From Lama glama (lineage: Eukaryota), in contig CM052816.1 of assembly GCA_028534125.1 (NCBI GenBank), forward strand, positions 23,066,001 to 23,130,000: 64,000 bases of DNA. Direction: 5' to 3'. Below, in pieces: positions 1 to 12,418 of this stretch; positions within the stretch are counted from its first letter, which is position 1; every line of letters begins with the position of its first letter. Position numbers and translations under genes: made by a program. Under the pieces are notes generated by a model. That model was not told where the DNA came from and ran no database searches. It worked only from the letters and a program-made list of their open reading frames with translations.

Positions 1-212
1 AGGGACAAAACCAGAAAGTAACAGAAAGAGAAGAGAGAAAGTGACAAGGATGGGTGGTGAGGGGAGAGAAAGGAGGAGAGATTCTGACAGATTTTCCCCA
101 GCACCCTCCCCAGATGAACCTGGAACTAGTACCAGCCGCGGGCATTTCAGTGACGTGAGCAATACGTTGTCATTTTCATTATAGCGATTTAGGTTGAATT
201 TCACTTCTACCA
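1..212 (+). mobile_element. ERVL-MaLR LTR 3' portion (MLT1J/K-like), decayed
   Basis: 'ggcatttcagtgacgtgagcaatacgttgtcattttcattatagcgatttaggttgaatttcacttctacc' resembles the MLT1 3' end (ggacttttcagttacatgagccaataaatt...gcttaagccagtttgagttgggtttctgtcacttgcaacc). Confidence 0.5.
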
Positions 213-289
213 AAATAATTATTAAACAGCTACTAGGTACCAGGCAAGATGTTGGATGCTTGAGCAAATAACTATCATCACCATCATCA

Positions 290-470
290 TCATCTCAGAA
301 TGACTGAAAACTGCTACGTACCTGGAATTTTGCTTCATGCCTTGTTTAATTTAACCCCCACAGTAACCCTATGATCACATTTATTTTACCGATAAAATAA
401 ATGCTCAGAGAGCCTTATGAGCTCAGCCAGTACCGCACTCATTTTAATGACCAGCTAACAACCAGCGGAC
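290..470 (-). mobile_element. MIR SINE, decayed
   Basis: 'atttaacccccacagtaaccctatga...ttattttaccgataaaataaatgctcagagag' matches the reverse complement of the MIR core. Confidence 0.6.
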
Positions 471-1724
471 TTGTGGCTATTCTTCCCACTAACCGTCTGC
501 ATTCTTCTTTCACAAAGCTGTCCAGGGTTCAGACTTCTCTAGATTATCAAATGAAAGACTAGATCCTTTATCTGCTATATGTTCATCAGACTTGTGTTAT
601 AAAAATTAGTCAGTTCAATGCAAAGCAGAGTTTCTTAGTACCAGTGTAAAACTCCTTCCCCACTTCTCCAGAAACACCATGTGCAAGAGAGAATTCCAAA
701 GGCTGGATTTATCACGGCGCCTCGGGGCACGTGTTCAGTCAGAGCTCCTCAAGGGGCTGCTGCAAGGGTAAGTCACACGGGGTAGTGACTGACTGCTCAG
801 TGATGAAGGCCAGAAATGCAGGAAAAGAGAATGTTAAGCATTCCACTGATCACTATTTTAAATTAGATTTATACACACAAAGTCCTTGGGAAAAAACAGT
901 GTGTTCTCACAAATCACCAAAAAAAGTGAACCAGGGAGCATTTTTAAAAACGTAATTACAGAATAAAATGTAATAAGCATTTTGGCTCTCTTACGTATGT
1001 TTTTTTTAACACAAATTTAAATAGACCAATTGGTCAAACTTTCAGAGGGAAGGCAAATTTTTCTTATGATTTGTTTATAATAACTTAATTTTAAAAACAC
1101 AACCTATTATAAAATGCAAAAAAAGTTACATACAATTTTAAGGGCAGTAAAATCCCATCTTCTGAGAATTGTTTCTGGACTACGGTTGTTAAACATGATT
1201 TTCCTGTAAGAATGCAAATGGGCAAACAAGGCTCAGAAATTACAAGGCATAAATCCATTTATATCAACACTGCTAAAATACATCACTTCTATTTATAGAT
1301 CCCACCTGATAAGTCCATAATAACTTTTTTTTTTTTTTGCTGATGTGAGGCAATGACTTCTATTGAAGGAAATCCTGCTAATCAGTGTTTCCAGCAGGCA
1401 ATTTATTTAAAAAATGATTATTCTTTTTACTATAGTATTGAATCATAGTGAGAGCAACTGATATTTTCATCACTGCATTACTCATATTCTAATACTTTTT
1501 TAATAAAATGTGATGTTTTTCAAAATGGTAATTAAGAGATACAATGGATAAACATTACTTCCTACTTACAGATGCAGTAGGAAAGTGCTAGGGAAGCCAC
1601 AGTGATGCAGAAATTTCATGGACAGGAAGGCTAGACTGCAGAGATCAGAGACACCAGGAAAAAGAGATGAATAATAGCCTTCCTTGGTCTGAGACAACAT
1701 GGCTCAGCAAGAGGATCTCCTTCA

Positions 1725-2450
1725 CAGCCATCCACTTCTTCCTCACTACCCTGGTCCGTGGAGGCACCACCATCTCTCACCTCAACGCCTGCACGGTGCG
1801 GTGCTACCAATGACAGTGAGACTGATCTCTCCTTGCTTCCTTCTCGGCCCCTTCGTTCATTCTCAACATGGTGGCCAAAAGGATCTTAAACCAGAAGGTA
1901 TCACTTTTCTTCCTTAAATAATTCCTCAGCTCCTTTTGTTCAAAGACAAACCTTTTGGTGACCCAGTAAGGGCCTATGTGATCTGGCTCATGTTGGCTCC
2001 CCAGCTATTCTGAGGCTCACTCTTCCTTGCTTCTGGCTACACGGACCACCTTTCTTAGGTAGCTTCCAGTACTGCACCTTTCGCATGTTGCTTCTTTTGC
2101 CTAGAACTATTTTTCACATGGCTAACTTCACCAGGTCTTAACCTAAAGGTTACTTATTTAGAGAGACTTCACTGATCGCTCCAACAAATCCAAATTAGGA
2201 CCCTTCTGTTATTTTTCTCTCATGCAGAGCCAAATCAGGGGGCCGGCCAACCAGGAGGATGCTTACAGCACCAATGCATAAAGGTCCCTAGTATGACACT
2301 GGAAATGAGTATTACAGGGTGGAGAAAATATGAATTTATCAAAATTGCTCTCAAGGGATGAAGTCTTGGTTTTCTTCTTCTCTGTCAAATCTGCTCCAGA
2401 CCATACACTAATGACTCATCTAACACCTGGTCAATCAATTAATGAATGTA
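1725..2450 (+). mobile_element. L2 LINE 3' region (L2a-like)
   Basis: 'caccaccatctctcacct...ttctcggccccttcgttcattctcaacatggtggccaaaaggatctt...ggcctatgtgatctggctc' and terminal 'tcaatcaattaatgaatg'. Confidence 0.7.
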
Positions 2451-2489
2451 GGGTCACAAAACAGAATTCAGTCACAGTGCTGCCTCTCT

Positions 2490-2660
2490 CAGTTCTGATC
2501 AAGTGCAACTCTGAAACTCAGATAACTTTTTAAATCAGAATTAAAATAGTAGCTGCCCCAGCCCATTACATAGTGTTTTTCAAAGGTTAAATTAGATGGC
2601 AAATGTGAAGAGGTGTTTAACGCTGTAAAGCACTTTTTAGTGTTTGTTAACACCATTAGT
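2490..2660 (+). mobile_element. MIR/MIR3 fragment
   Basis: 'catagtgtttttcaaaggttaaattagatggcaaatgtgaagaggtgtttaacgctgtaaagcact' resembles the MIR 3' half. Confidence 0.55.
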
Positions 2661-4727
2661 TTGTCCAGTTAATTCCTACTCAGGTCTCACACATTTCCTT
2701 TTGCCGAGAGGACTGGAGGTAGGGTTGGAGGTTTATTTCTGTGCTCAATAATACACTTAACTTTTGAATTCCCCTGTCACTCAAGTTTATACATATTTAC
2801 AGAGCAATGGCAAGTACCAGTCAAACTGTGGATTTTTTAATGGACAGTGACTGCCTCAGTGTTTTGTTTAAGTTTTTTTTCCTTTCATCCTATCCATGGT
2901 TAGAAAGATCTTCTTAACTCTCATCACTGCTCTAAGCATGTAGATGAAAATTACTTTCTCCATATCATCACTAAGAAATTAGTCAAAGTACATTTTGTAA
3001 GAGATAGCTAAGACTATCCCATATTGTCTCCTTAGCTGAGGTTAAAATGGAGACCTGATAGTGCTGTGGGACCACTGTCTGGTACACAATGCAGGGAGCC
3101 TGCTTCAGAGTCTGCACACAGTTTTCTTCCCTAGAAAGAAACCCTTCTCAAACTAACTGCTTGCAAATGCATAGCACTCAAGACATTTTCTCTATATTAA
3201 CCAAGTAAGGGCTCAATCAATCAGAGAACACAGCAATGGGCTTTCATATTAAAAAGATTTAGGTGAACGATTGCCATTCTGAAATCTTATCAAACTAATA
3301 TAAATTGGATTCTATCTCTACTGGCGGAAAAAATCCTTGATGTTATACTATTCCTAATGTGGAAAGAACGTCAGTCCCCTGGGGGCGGGGGGGGGGGTGT
3401 CCCAGAGTTACACAGTTACTAGACAGGCAAAGAGAGAGTCCTCCGAGGAGTAGGAGCAGTTTTCAGCATCTTTTGGCCATCTGCTACAGGGAGGGATGGG
3501 GGCCAGCACAGGGTCAGTACACAGGAAGTAGAAGAAGGAGGACCCAGAGGAAGCATCCGTATTTGTTGCTTATTTTATGGGGACTAAGCTGTTCAGAAAT
3601 TGAGAGGCATTTACAATACCCAGTATTAGGAAAATGTGATGCTGTGAGTCATTACAGTTGTTCACACCATAAAACTTGCATTTCCCTTTAAAGAGCTACT
3701 TTTTTTGTTGTTTTAAAAAAAGGTTTACCTGTGTTCGGTCTAAATAATGTGTTCTTTAATGCTGCATATTTAGAGAACGAACATTTCTGCCTATGTTAGG
3801 TTAAACTGCCTGACTCATTTTCCCTCTCTGCACACTGTATTAACAGAGGAAACCAAAGACAGGAAAAAAGTGGAGGGTGTTACATTATGGCCTGTGTGTT
3901 AATTTCTGCAACACTGTTCTTAGATGGTCTTTAATACCCTGTGACCATGGTTTTAGATTTCAATGTCCTTTGTTCACTGCTTACAATGTTTTACTCAAAA
4001 TTTGTAAATCTGAGGCATAAGGCACAGTGATTAGCTCTCACTTACCCTTGGTTGGGCTCTTCCCCTTTGTATGTTAATCACAGTGATTTGAAACAGTTGA
4101 CGAAATTCTCATAAACACTCTCTATTCATTTCTAAAATTTATTTCCCATTATATTTCACACATATTATTACTGTTACTGCATTGTGTTTAGTTTCATGAT
4201 AACTATCGTGAGACATGCTGGGAAAGAGACCTCTGGAGAAGTTACACTGCAGCATAGTCAGAATCAAGGCCAGATTATGGTGCCTTCTGCTTTGTATAGT
4301 TTCTGCGGAAGAAATATATACCTTCAAACCTCTTGATAGTTACTAAATTTCCTACAGTTGGGCTCACCAGCATTGGTAACACTACAACCTCTTTTCTTCA
4401 AAGAGTGGGGAAATTTTAAAAATTTAAGAAACAAAACTTCAAAGATTGTGTAATTCATATGTAGAGATTTTCCCATTTCTAAAGAGGGAGCTGAGGGTCT
4501 CATTATTTAAGAGTATACCATGGAGGAAATCAATCTAACCTAGAACATTCTAGAAGGTATTATGAAGTCTTTAAAGAATTTTGAGAAGTTTTCTCTACGA
4601 ATATCTAGAGACATTCTAGTCATTGTTTATGGCTCCCAGTAACTCCAGTTAATGAGTCCACCTCAAGTCAAGTTTACAGTATCTCAAGTTTGAGGTCCAT
4701 CATCATTTGACTTCAAAACTGTCTTTT

Positions 4728-5233
4728 CCCTTGTACGCTGTTGGTGGGAATATAAACTGGTGCAGCCACTATGGAAAACAGGACGGAGGTTTCTCAAAAA
4801 ACTAAAAATTGAACTACCACGTGACCCAGCAATTCAGCTCCTCAGTAGATATCAAAAAACAAACCCAAAACACTAATTCAAAAGGTTACATGCACCCCAA
4901 TGTTCATAGCAGCATTGTTTACAGTTGCCAAGATGTGGAAGCAACCTAAGTGTCAATCAACAGATGAATGGATAAAGAAGATGAGGTCTATATATAGAGT
5001 GGAATACTACTCAGCCATAAAAATGAAAATTTGTCTTTTGTAATAACATGGATAGACTTGGAGGGCATTATGCTAAGTGAAATAAGTCAGACAGGAAAAC
5101 ACATATACTGTATGATATGACCTATACATAGAATCTAAAACAAATACAATAAACAAGTGACTATGACAAAAACAAACAAACAAAAAAACCAAAAAACAGA
5201 CTCACAGATACAGAGAACAACCTAGTGGTTACT
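4728..5233 (+). mobile_element. L1 fragment (ORF2 3' end and start of 3'UTR)
   Basis: 'ctgttggtgggaatataaactggtgcagccactatggaaaac...gacccagcaattc...gttcatagcagcattgtttacagttgccaagatgtggaagcaacctaagtgtc...gagggcattatgctaagtgaaataagtcagac' are canonical L1 motifs. Confidence 0.93.
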
Positions 5234-5239
5234 TTTTAT

Positions 5240-5500
5240 AATTGGACTTCCCAAAGAAAACCAAACTAATGGAACAGACAATTTTGAAGATACCATTCAA
5301 GAAAAATTACTAGGAGAAACTGAAAGAAAATACCATGTTCAAAAAGGAAGTGGCCCAGAATGGTCAAAACAGAGCAAGCATATTTAATGGTCTTCCAAGT
5401 TAAAGATCATTTTGAGTAGCCAATCAAAAAAAAAGAAAGAAAGAAAGAAAGAAACTTAGGAAGGGGCTAGGGAGCCATCCGGCATCAGAACATTAGGTGT
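5240..5500 (+). mobile_element. ancient L1M ORF1-region fragment
   Basis: A-rich 'attggacttcccaaagaaaacc...aatggaacagacaattttgaagataccattcaagaaaaatt' resembles old L1 ORF1 sequence. Confidence 0.4.
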
Positions 5501-6114
5501 GATAAATCCAAGTCAGTGACAATAATAAGCTGGTATTGCTGGAAATAGATATTCACTCATTTCAGAGGTAGAAAACGACATTATTTTCCATATTAATACT
5601 AAAAATTAAATTGCCAAATTTATCCAGGCCCCATAATGAGGGGAGGTATTTCCAAAAGCAAATCCAGCCTTTCAGATAACAGAAGAAATTTAATCTACTT
5701 TCCCAACAAATGAGCTAATTCATTCATAACAATAAGGAATAATGCAGTTAATTACTGCTGCACTCCATGTGTCTGACCAGTTATGCACACCCTTCCAAGA
5801 AATGGCACAATTACATAAAATGCATATTGGCAAGACAATGAATAAACAAAGAAATAAAAACTATCTACTTTCTAATTTTATTAAAATCCTAGTAATTAGA
5901 GAAGTAAAAGTCTTCATAACATTTGTGAAATTGTAGTATATTTTGAAAATGTGACACATTTGCTCCTTTCTCATTTTCTAAATATTTATCACAACATGAA
6001 CTTAGTGTTCACAGCACTGGGTAAGGCAAATTAACTGAAGCAAGAAGAAGTATTAAAATTTATTCAAGCTTCGACAAGATTTGACAGAATCAACTTTTGT
6101 GGTGTATGTTAGTC

Positions 6115-6150
6115 ATATATGTATGTGTATGTGCATGTATGTGTGTGTAA

Positions 6151-6181
<31 letters not shown>

Positions 6182-6223
6182 TTTGTGTGTGAGAGACAGA
6201 GAGAGAGAGGGAGAGAGAGAGAA
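6115..6223. repeat. compound (TG)n/(AG)n microsatellite
   Basis: interrupted TG run followed directly by a GA run. Confidence 0.95.
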
Positions 6224-7039
6224 ACAGGTTGTGCCAGCATTCTTTCCTGCTTAAACACACAGAAGGCTCCATTACCATGGAAACTGAGAAGAAAAGCAAT
6301 TTTTTTTCATTTATCCTCTCCCCAGATTTAGCAGGGTATGAAGAAAAAAATCAAGTTGCACTGATGTCATTAGAATAAGATTTTGGTTATAACTGAAAAT
6401 AATAGTAATGGCAAAGCTCCAGTATTGCCAGTTAAATATTCCTACTGCAAGGGGCACATTATTGGTGGAGGCAGCAAAGGCAGGATTATCTACAGGAATG
6501 GAAACCAAGAATTTCTTAGTACAGCCATGACCCCTTAGCTAAGATTATGTAGATAAAGGTAATGTATGGTTATTGGAGTTGTGAATCAGGGCAAGATTCT
6601 TGCCGCTAAAGCCATCGTCTTAAGCAAATAATAAAGAAACTATGAGAGCAATACAGAAATATTGGCAATGCAACAACAAATAAACAAGGGTCCTCCCTCC
6701 AACTCTCACCACCTACATCTATCTGTCAGTCACTTACACACGGACATTTGCTGCACATGAAATTCTGGAGCCACAACACTGAATTAAACATGGCTCCTTC
6801 TCTTGAGGAAGGAACAATAGCGTTGATAAGGAAAAACATGTACATATATGAAAATCCTATGGAATGGAGGGAAGTCAGAAATAGGTCTGTGCCGGGACAA
6901 ACATTAAGCACAGACATGAAGCATCTCTGAGCAGGGGTCGGGGAAGGGGCAGTGGGGAATGACACAAGCACTTCACCAGCCAAAGCGAGCTCCTGCTTAA
7001 GCGAAGGTCAGCAGATTTCATGTTTGCGAGCTTGGGGTT

Positions 7040-7160
7040 GGGTCCAGATGACTACGCTTCACTCCCAGAATCTCTTGACTCTGCGTATCTGGGAAACAGT
7101 CTGGGAACTAGTATTTTAAATATGCATCCCAGGTGATTCAGAGACACGTGGTCCTGGGTA
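7040..7160. mobile_element. MER5-type hAT-Charlie DNA transposon remnant
   Basis: 'cccagaatctcttgactctgcgtatctgggaaacagtctgggaactagtattttaaatatgcatcccaggtgattc'. Confidence 0.6.
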
Positions 7161-7789
7161 AAGAAAGACTGCCAGAAGGGCAGTGTAAAAAGTCATGGAG
7201 AGGTATGGAGGGCTTTCTTCAAGCAAGCAGGTTTTGAACTGTAATCAAAGGGATATGGGGGAACCAGAAAAAAATGTAATATGGGAAGTAGGGGTTCAAA
7301 TCTGTGTTTCAGTAAGATCTCTAAGAAAACAGTGTGGAGAACATATATGTATCTCAGTCTTAACATCAGTAACTCATGAAAATAAGATGTTCTGATGTTC
7401 TCAAGCAAAATGCTTATTGGAGCTTATTTCCCATTATTTCAAGTGGAAAGAATTATAACACTTAATAAATTATCCCAAATCCCTAACATTTTCCTAAAGC
7501 ATAATTAAAATATCTACAAATTATTATTTCTGGAGAGAACAATATGATTGCAAAACCACAGAGCTCTGTGAAGAGTAACAGAGCTTCTCACAGAACCAGT
7601 GGTATCAAAGATGCAGACACTTTGAGTTGGGACTCAATCTAATGCATCTTTACTAAATTCAAAATTTATACAATTTTCTAATACAAAGATCAAGTGAAAA
7701 TATTCTATGATGTTTCAGTTGTAAAAACCAAAGGGAGTTCTACCAGAAAAATATGAACCAGATTGGTATCTGCGGGGTAGGTTTATATA

Positions 7790-8125
7790 AGGACCCGTCA
7801 GGCTGGACATAGATTAATCAGGCGGAAATTGCAATAATCTAAGTGAGGAGGGACAGCTGTTTGAAGGGGAGAAGGGAGCCAAGTGGGAAGACAAGAACAG
7901 AGAGGAGAGGTGATGGAATTAAGAGATGTTAAGAAAATAACATCAACCAGGCAGTAATTGCTGGGGATAAACAAGTACTGGAAGGCAAAAGATGCCCAAG
8001 TTTCTGGGCCGAGTGATGGGGTAGTTGATGGTGCCATTCACAGAGATCAGGAACACAAGAAGAGAGAGGGGAAAAGACAGACAAGGGCAAACCTCCTGTT
8101 GGAGAATATACGTTGAGGTCTAACA
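7790..8125 (-). mobile_element. L2 LINE fragment
   Basis: 'attgcaataatctaagtgagg...aagatgcccaagtttctgggccgagtgatggggtagttgatggtgccattcacagagatcaggaacacaagaagag'. Confidence 0.75.
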
Positions 8126-9891
8126 ACAATGTTGCCATGCTGATGGTAACTGTAAGAGCACTTACTCTTCAAACAGATGTAAAAAATAGTTACTTAAATG
8201 GAAATATCACATATTCTAGAAAATATTTTCTGGGAGATATACTAGGATAGAGCCACGGAAGATTAACAAGGCTGACTGGTAGTGAGGGTATCGAATAATT
8301 TTATAAATAACAAAACGTCAAGAAATCTGTCTGACCTAATACAATCATCACAAAATCTTTCATAACAAGAAACCCTTCACACAGAGGCTGAAGGCTACAG
8401 CAGCACAGCGAGGGTGGAACCAGAAGCAGCTGCTGATTATCTCAATGACTAGGACCATTTCTTAGCTACTCATTAAGTATGTTAAGTAGTTGGAGGCGTA
8501 CAGATGTTTCAAAGGTAAACAATAACATTTCCGGATGCTTGTTAAAACACCAGGAGATGTCTATCTGGGCAAGAGACACAGGGATTCATTTGGCAAATAA
8601 AGATGTACTATATTCCTACTAAGTTAACGTGATTTATTTAAACAAGTATCGAATCATACTCTCCCTTTAAGGAGGAAAAGAAAATAGCTGAGCTAGGGTA
8701 GTTTGCCTATTAAAAAACAACAGGACCTAAGAATGCACGGCTGCCCTGTTCAGTGCAGTTCTCACATGAGATCACCAGGCAGCAGGCACCCAGATGTAAC
8801 CCCCGGCCACCGCGCAGGGAACACAGCAGTTACCACAGAGGAACTGCGTGTCCTTCAACCCCATTCTCCCAAGAGTAAGCGTCCTTGTTCGAGAGACGTT
8901 TGAAGAGGGTTAAGGCTGGTCTCCTCACCTCCTGGTAGTACCATAAAAGCAAGTGGAAACAAAGCTGTTTTTGTCACTTTCCAAAGTTCCTGTGTTAAAT
9001 CCACTTAATATTCCTGCTTAATACCTCATTTTTTAAATTTAAATGTGTTCTGTTCCAAAGCTATGTTTTTGTAAGCTTTCTATTGTGCAACAAAAGACTG
9101 TTTATAGACATTTAAAAAATTTACTTCAGAATGCTAGCATTCAACATGTCTGAAGGAAACAACAAATAAGTATCAATGATGGTCGAAAGAAAGGAATAGC
9201 GAGGGAGATTCCCTGGAAAAGACAGTTTTTAAAAGCCCGTCAAACTTCCTTATTGGAGAAAATAAAGATAATAAGGACTTCTCAGGAGATTAGTTCAGCC
9301 TCGTAAATTTTCCTCTTTCATTGCTTTCCTCTGCCATCAAGATGAGAAATCTCCCCCCACAACCCTGGTGCCTGCAGACAGTAAAAGACCTGCTGGAGAG
9401 GCAGTGGGAACGTTCATGACTCAAGAAGGCCTGTGGCAATGGAGAGACCAGCTTGTTAGGGAATCTCAAATTCTGGGTGGGGAAAAGCAAGCAGGAGGAA
9501 TCTAAATGCGGTGCAGCCACTAAACTCCAGAGTATCTGGAGGCAGGCAGCATTCTAAACACAGACCTTACACACTCAACCCTCCATGCCTGCGTGGCAGC
9601 AATACAAAACACACAGGCAAACGAACACTCTGCCAACACTATCCTTTTCCTCAAAGGACTTCAAATACCATACTGGGAAACTAGTTAAAAAAAAAAAAAA
9701 AGTAAAACCTGTGTAAATCTGGGTTATATTAGTGTCTTTCAATTTCCATGCCTATTGTCCTCATTCTGGCCCTTGTCACACCTGCATGGTTACAGTGGTC
9801 TCCTAAAGCACCCAACTATCCTCAGACTGACCAATGTCACCTACACTCACCCCCTGTACTGAGATGCTGAGGTAGCTCTTTTTTTGCTGTT

Positions 9892-10312
9892 GTTGCAAAT
9901 GGCAAGATTTGGCCCACGGCTGAAAAATATTCCATTGCTTGTATTTATGTATATCACATTCTCTTTATCTGTTCATCTTTCCTTTTTAACTGAAGGCTAC
10001 AGCATAGTGATTCAGTTATACATGTGTGTGTGTGTGTGTGTGTATATATATACATATATTCCTTTTCATATTTTTTTTCATTATAGGCTATTACAAGGTG
10101 TTGAATATAGCTTCCTGTGCTATACAATACGACCTTGCTGTTTATCAGTTTTATATATAGCAGTGTGTATCTCCAAGTCCCAAACTCACAATTTATCCCT
10201 GGTAACCATAAGTTTGTTGTCTATGTCTGTGAGTCTGTTTCTGTGTTCTGAGTAAGTTCATTTGTGTCCTCTGGACTCCACATGTGGTACCATATGGTAC
10301 CCTTCTTTCTCT
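9892..10312 (-). mobile_element. two juxtaposed L1 3' fragments (artiodactyl/camelid-type tail at ~9980-10312 with internal (TG)n(TA)n)
   Basis: 'cagcatagtgattcagttatac...ttccttttcatattttttttcattataggctattacaagg...ggtaaccataagtttgttgtctatgtctgtgagtctgtttctg'; an upstream piece 'ggctgaaaaatattccattg...tatatcacattctctttatctgttcatc'. Confidence 0.85.
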
Positions 10313-10949
10313 TGCTGTGTTTCTCATCTATCTCCTCATCCTCCTCCCTTTACCAGCACCTGCTTCTCTGTTATCTCAAAAGCCTTCCATGGATGATGCC
10401 CTTTGCCTACTAAACCAAATCCAGGCAGAAACTCTAGGCTGCATATGCCGTTTTAGCCACATGTCTAATTAATCCGCAGTGGGATCTCTGTCCTTGAGGC
10501 ATTCTAGGACCCTTCCTTTCCTTGAATGTTACTAACAAAAACATTCTCAAACTGGACTGAAAGCAACATCAGCTGCGCCACGCTGCTTTGTCTCCTCACT
10601 CCAGACACTATCACACCATCTACGTGCAGCCTTCTTCCCTGGGGTACGTCTTTGTCTTTATCTCCCTTTTTAAATGGAAATTTCTTAACGGTGATGATAA
10701 CCTCTTTTACAGCTTTTTGCCCTTCACAATAGATTAGAAATTAAAAAAAAAAATCAAAACATAAAGAAAAAAACAAGAGAATGCTGAGTCTTTCAGAGTA
10801 TTAAATGGTGGTTGGATAGATTATTAGAACAGCATTTTAAATACAAATCAACACCTAGTAACATGGTGTATGTTGTTGTCTGTGTACTGAACACTAAGGG
10901 ACTATCTTTTTGAAAATCTCTTTTTTTTATTTATAGTCCAAAGACATAC

Positions 10950-11468
10950 ATTATTGGTACCACCTGGGAGATCGTTAGAATGGCAGGCTCTGGCTCCACT
11001 CCAGACCTACCGAATTGGAACCTGCAATTTTTTTTAAAAATTGAAGTTTAGTTGATTTACAATGATGTGTTAATTTCTGGTGTATAGCATAGTGATTCAG
11101 TTATACACATATATATTCTTTTTCATAGTCTTCTTCTTTATAGGTTATTACAAGATACTGAATGTAGTTCCCTATGCTATACAGCAGGACTTTGCTGTTT
11201 ATCTGTTTTGATATAGAGTAGTTTGTATCTGCTAATCCCAAACTCCTAATTTATCCCTTCCTCGCTTTCCCCTTTGGTAACCATAAATTTGTTTTCTATG
11301 TCTGTGAGTCTCTTTCTAGTTTGTAAATAAGTTCATTTGTATAATTTTTTTTAGATCCCACATATAAGTGATATCATATGGTATTTGTCTTTCTCTGTCT
11401 GAAAAATCTGCATTTTTAACAAGGTTTCTGGATGATTAATATGACATTAACATTTAAGAGCCACTGGT
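10950..11468. mobile_element. MER5A-like DNA transposon split by an L1 insertion
   Basis: left half 'cacctgggagatcgttagaatggcaggctctggctccactccagacctaccgaattggaacctgca'; right half 'aatctgcatttttaacaaggtttctggatgattaatatgacattaacatttaagagccactg'. Confidence 0.8.
11028..11404 (-). mobile_element. 5'-truncated L1 3' end (camelid/artiodactyl type)
   Basis: 'ttgaagtttagttgatttacaatgatgtgttaatttctggtgtatagcatagtgattcag...tagatcccacatataagtgatatcatatggtatttgtctttctctgtctga'; poly-T at left; TSD-like aacctgcaatttt / aatctgcattttt. Confidence 0.92.
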
Positions 11469-11999
11469 CATCCAGCACTGTAGGCTAGGGGTCCCCTTAC
11501 TGATTATGTGTTTACAGGATTAGATAAATTCTTTAGAAGACCCAAATAGTTAGAAAAAAATCCCCTTTCTATATGTAATTGAAAATGACAATATTAAAAT
11601 TTTAGAAGTATAAAGCTCTGATTTTTTCCATTGATGAATACTCCAGTGCCTTTCTTAGAAATAGCAAGTTCTTTCATTAAGATATTTTTGAGGCTATTTT
11701 GCTGATTGCTATACATGTGCTTCATCTGTCTTTTGGGTAATTCAATGCAGTATTTAGAAAACACAAACTTTCATTCACAGTTTAAATACCGTGAGGTCTA
11801 GCAATCAAAATCTGCAGCGTAAACTGTTACTTTATAAAACATCTGCAAACACATGACCCCAAGACAGAGCCTCACAAACCTCACCACATCCTGGTCCATT
11901 GGACGCACCTGGTTCTCTAGCATGTGCTGCCCTTGCCCTCGGCTCACAGACCCTCGGGAGCCACACAGCGCATACTGCTCAGCCTGACACGGCTCCCTC

Positions 12000-12418
12000 C
12001 CTATCGCCTTGTGTCACCTTGCAGGAGCTAGTCCTCCTCCAGACAGACGTTCTATACGCAGTCCTAACTCTACATCTTAACCCAAATTTCCCCTGCTTGG
12101 GAAACATTCCCCTTTGTTTTCTGCTTATTTAAGCCCAGTCCTTAAGGCTATATCCAACTACCACCCAAGAACGTGAAGTTCACCGACTGCCCTTAGACCC
12201 TGATGCCCCCAGTATCCCCAGACTTCCTGCAATGCTTATTTACCTTCGGCACACACATTCAACACACATTAGGGTGTGCAACCATGTGGGTTTTTTTTAT
12301 CTTTGGTGTACAATTTTCCCAGCAGATATAGTTCCATGTCTTATGCCTCTGTGATTCCCATTACCTTTAGGAATACTCTAAACAGACAAGGGAGGCAATG
12401 AGTATTTGTTATTGAGGA
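12000..12418 (+). mobile_element. L2 3' region, highly decayed
   Basis: ends 'catgtcttatgcctctgtgattccca...ggaggcaatgagtatttgttattga', resembling the L2 terminus. Confidence 0.4.

Noticed and set aside
10286..10301. 16-bp palindrome ggtaccatatggtacc
   Set aside because: It derives by point mutation from the L1 motif gatatcatatggta inside a repeat.
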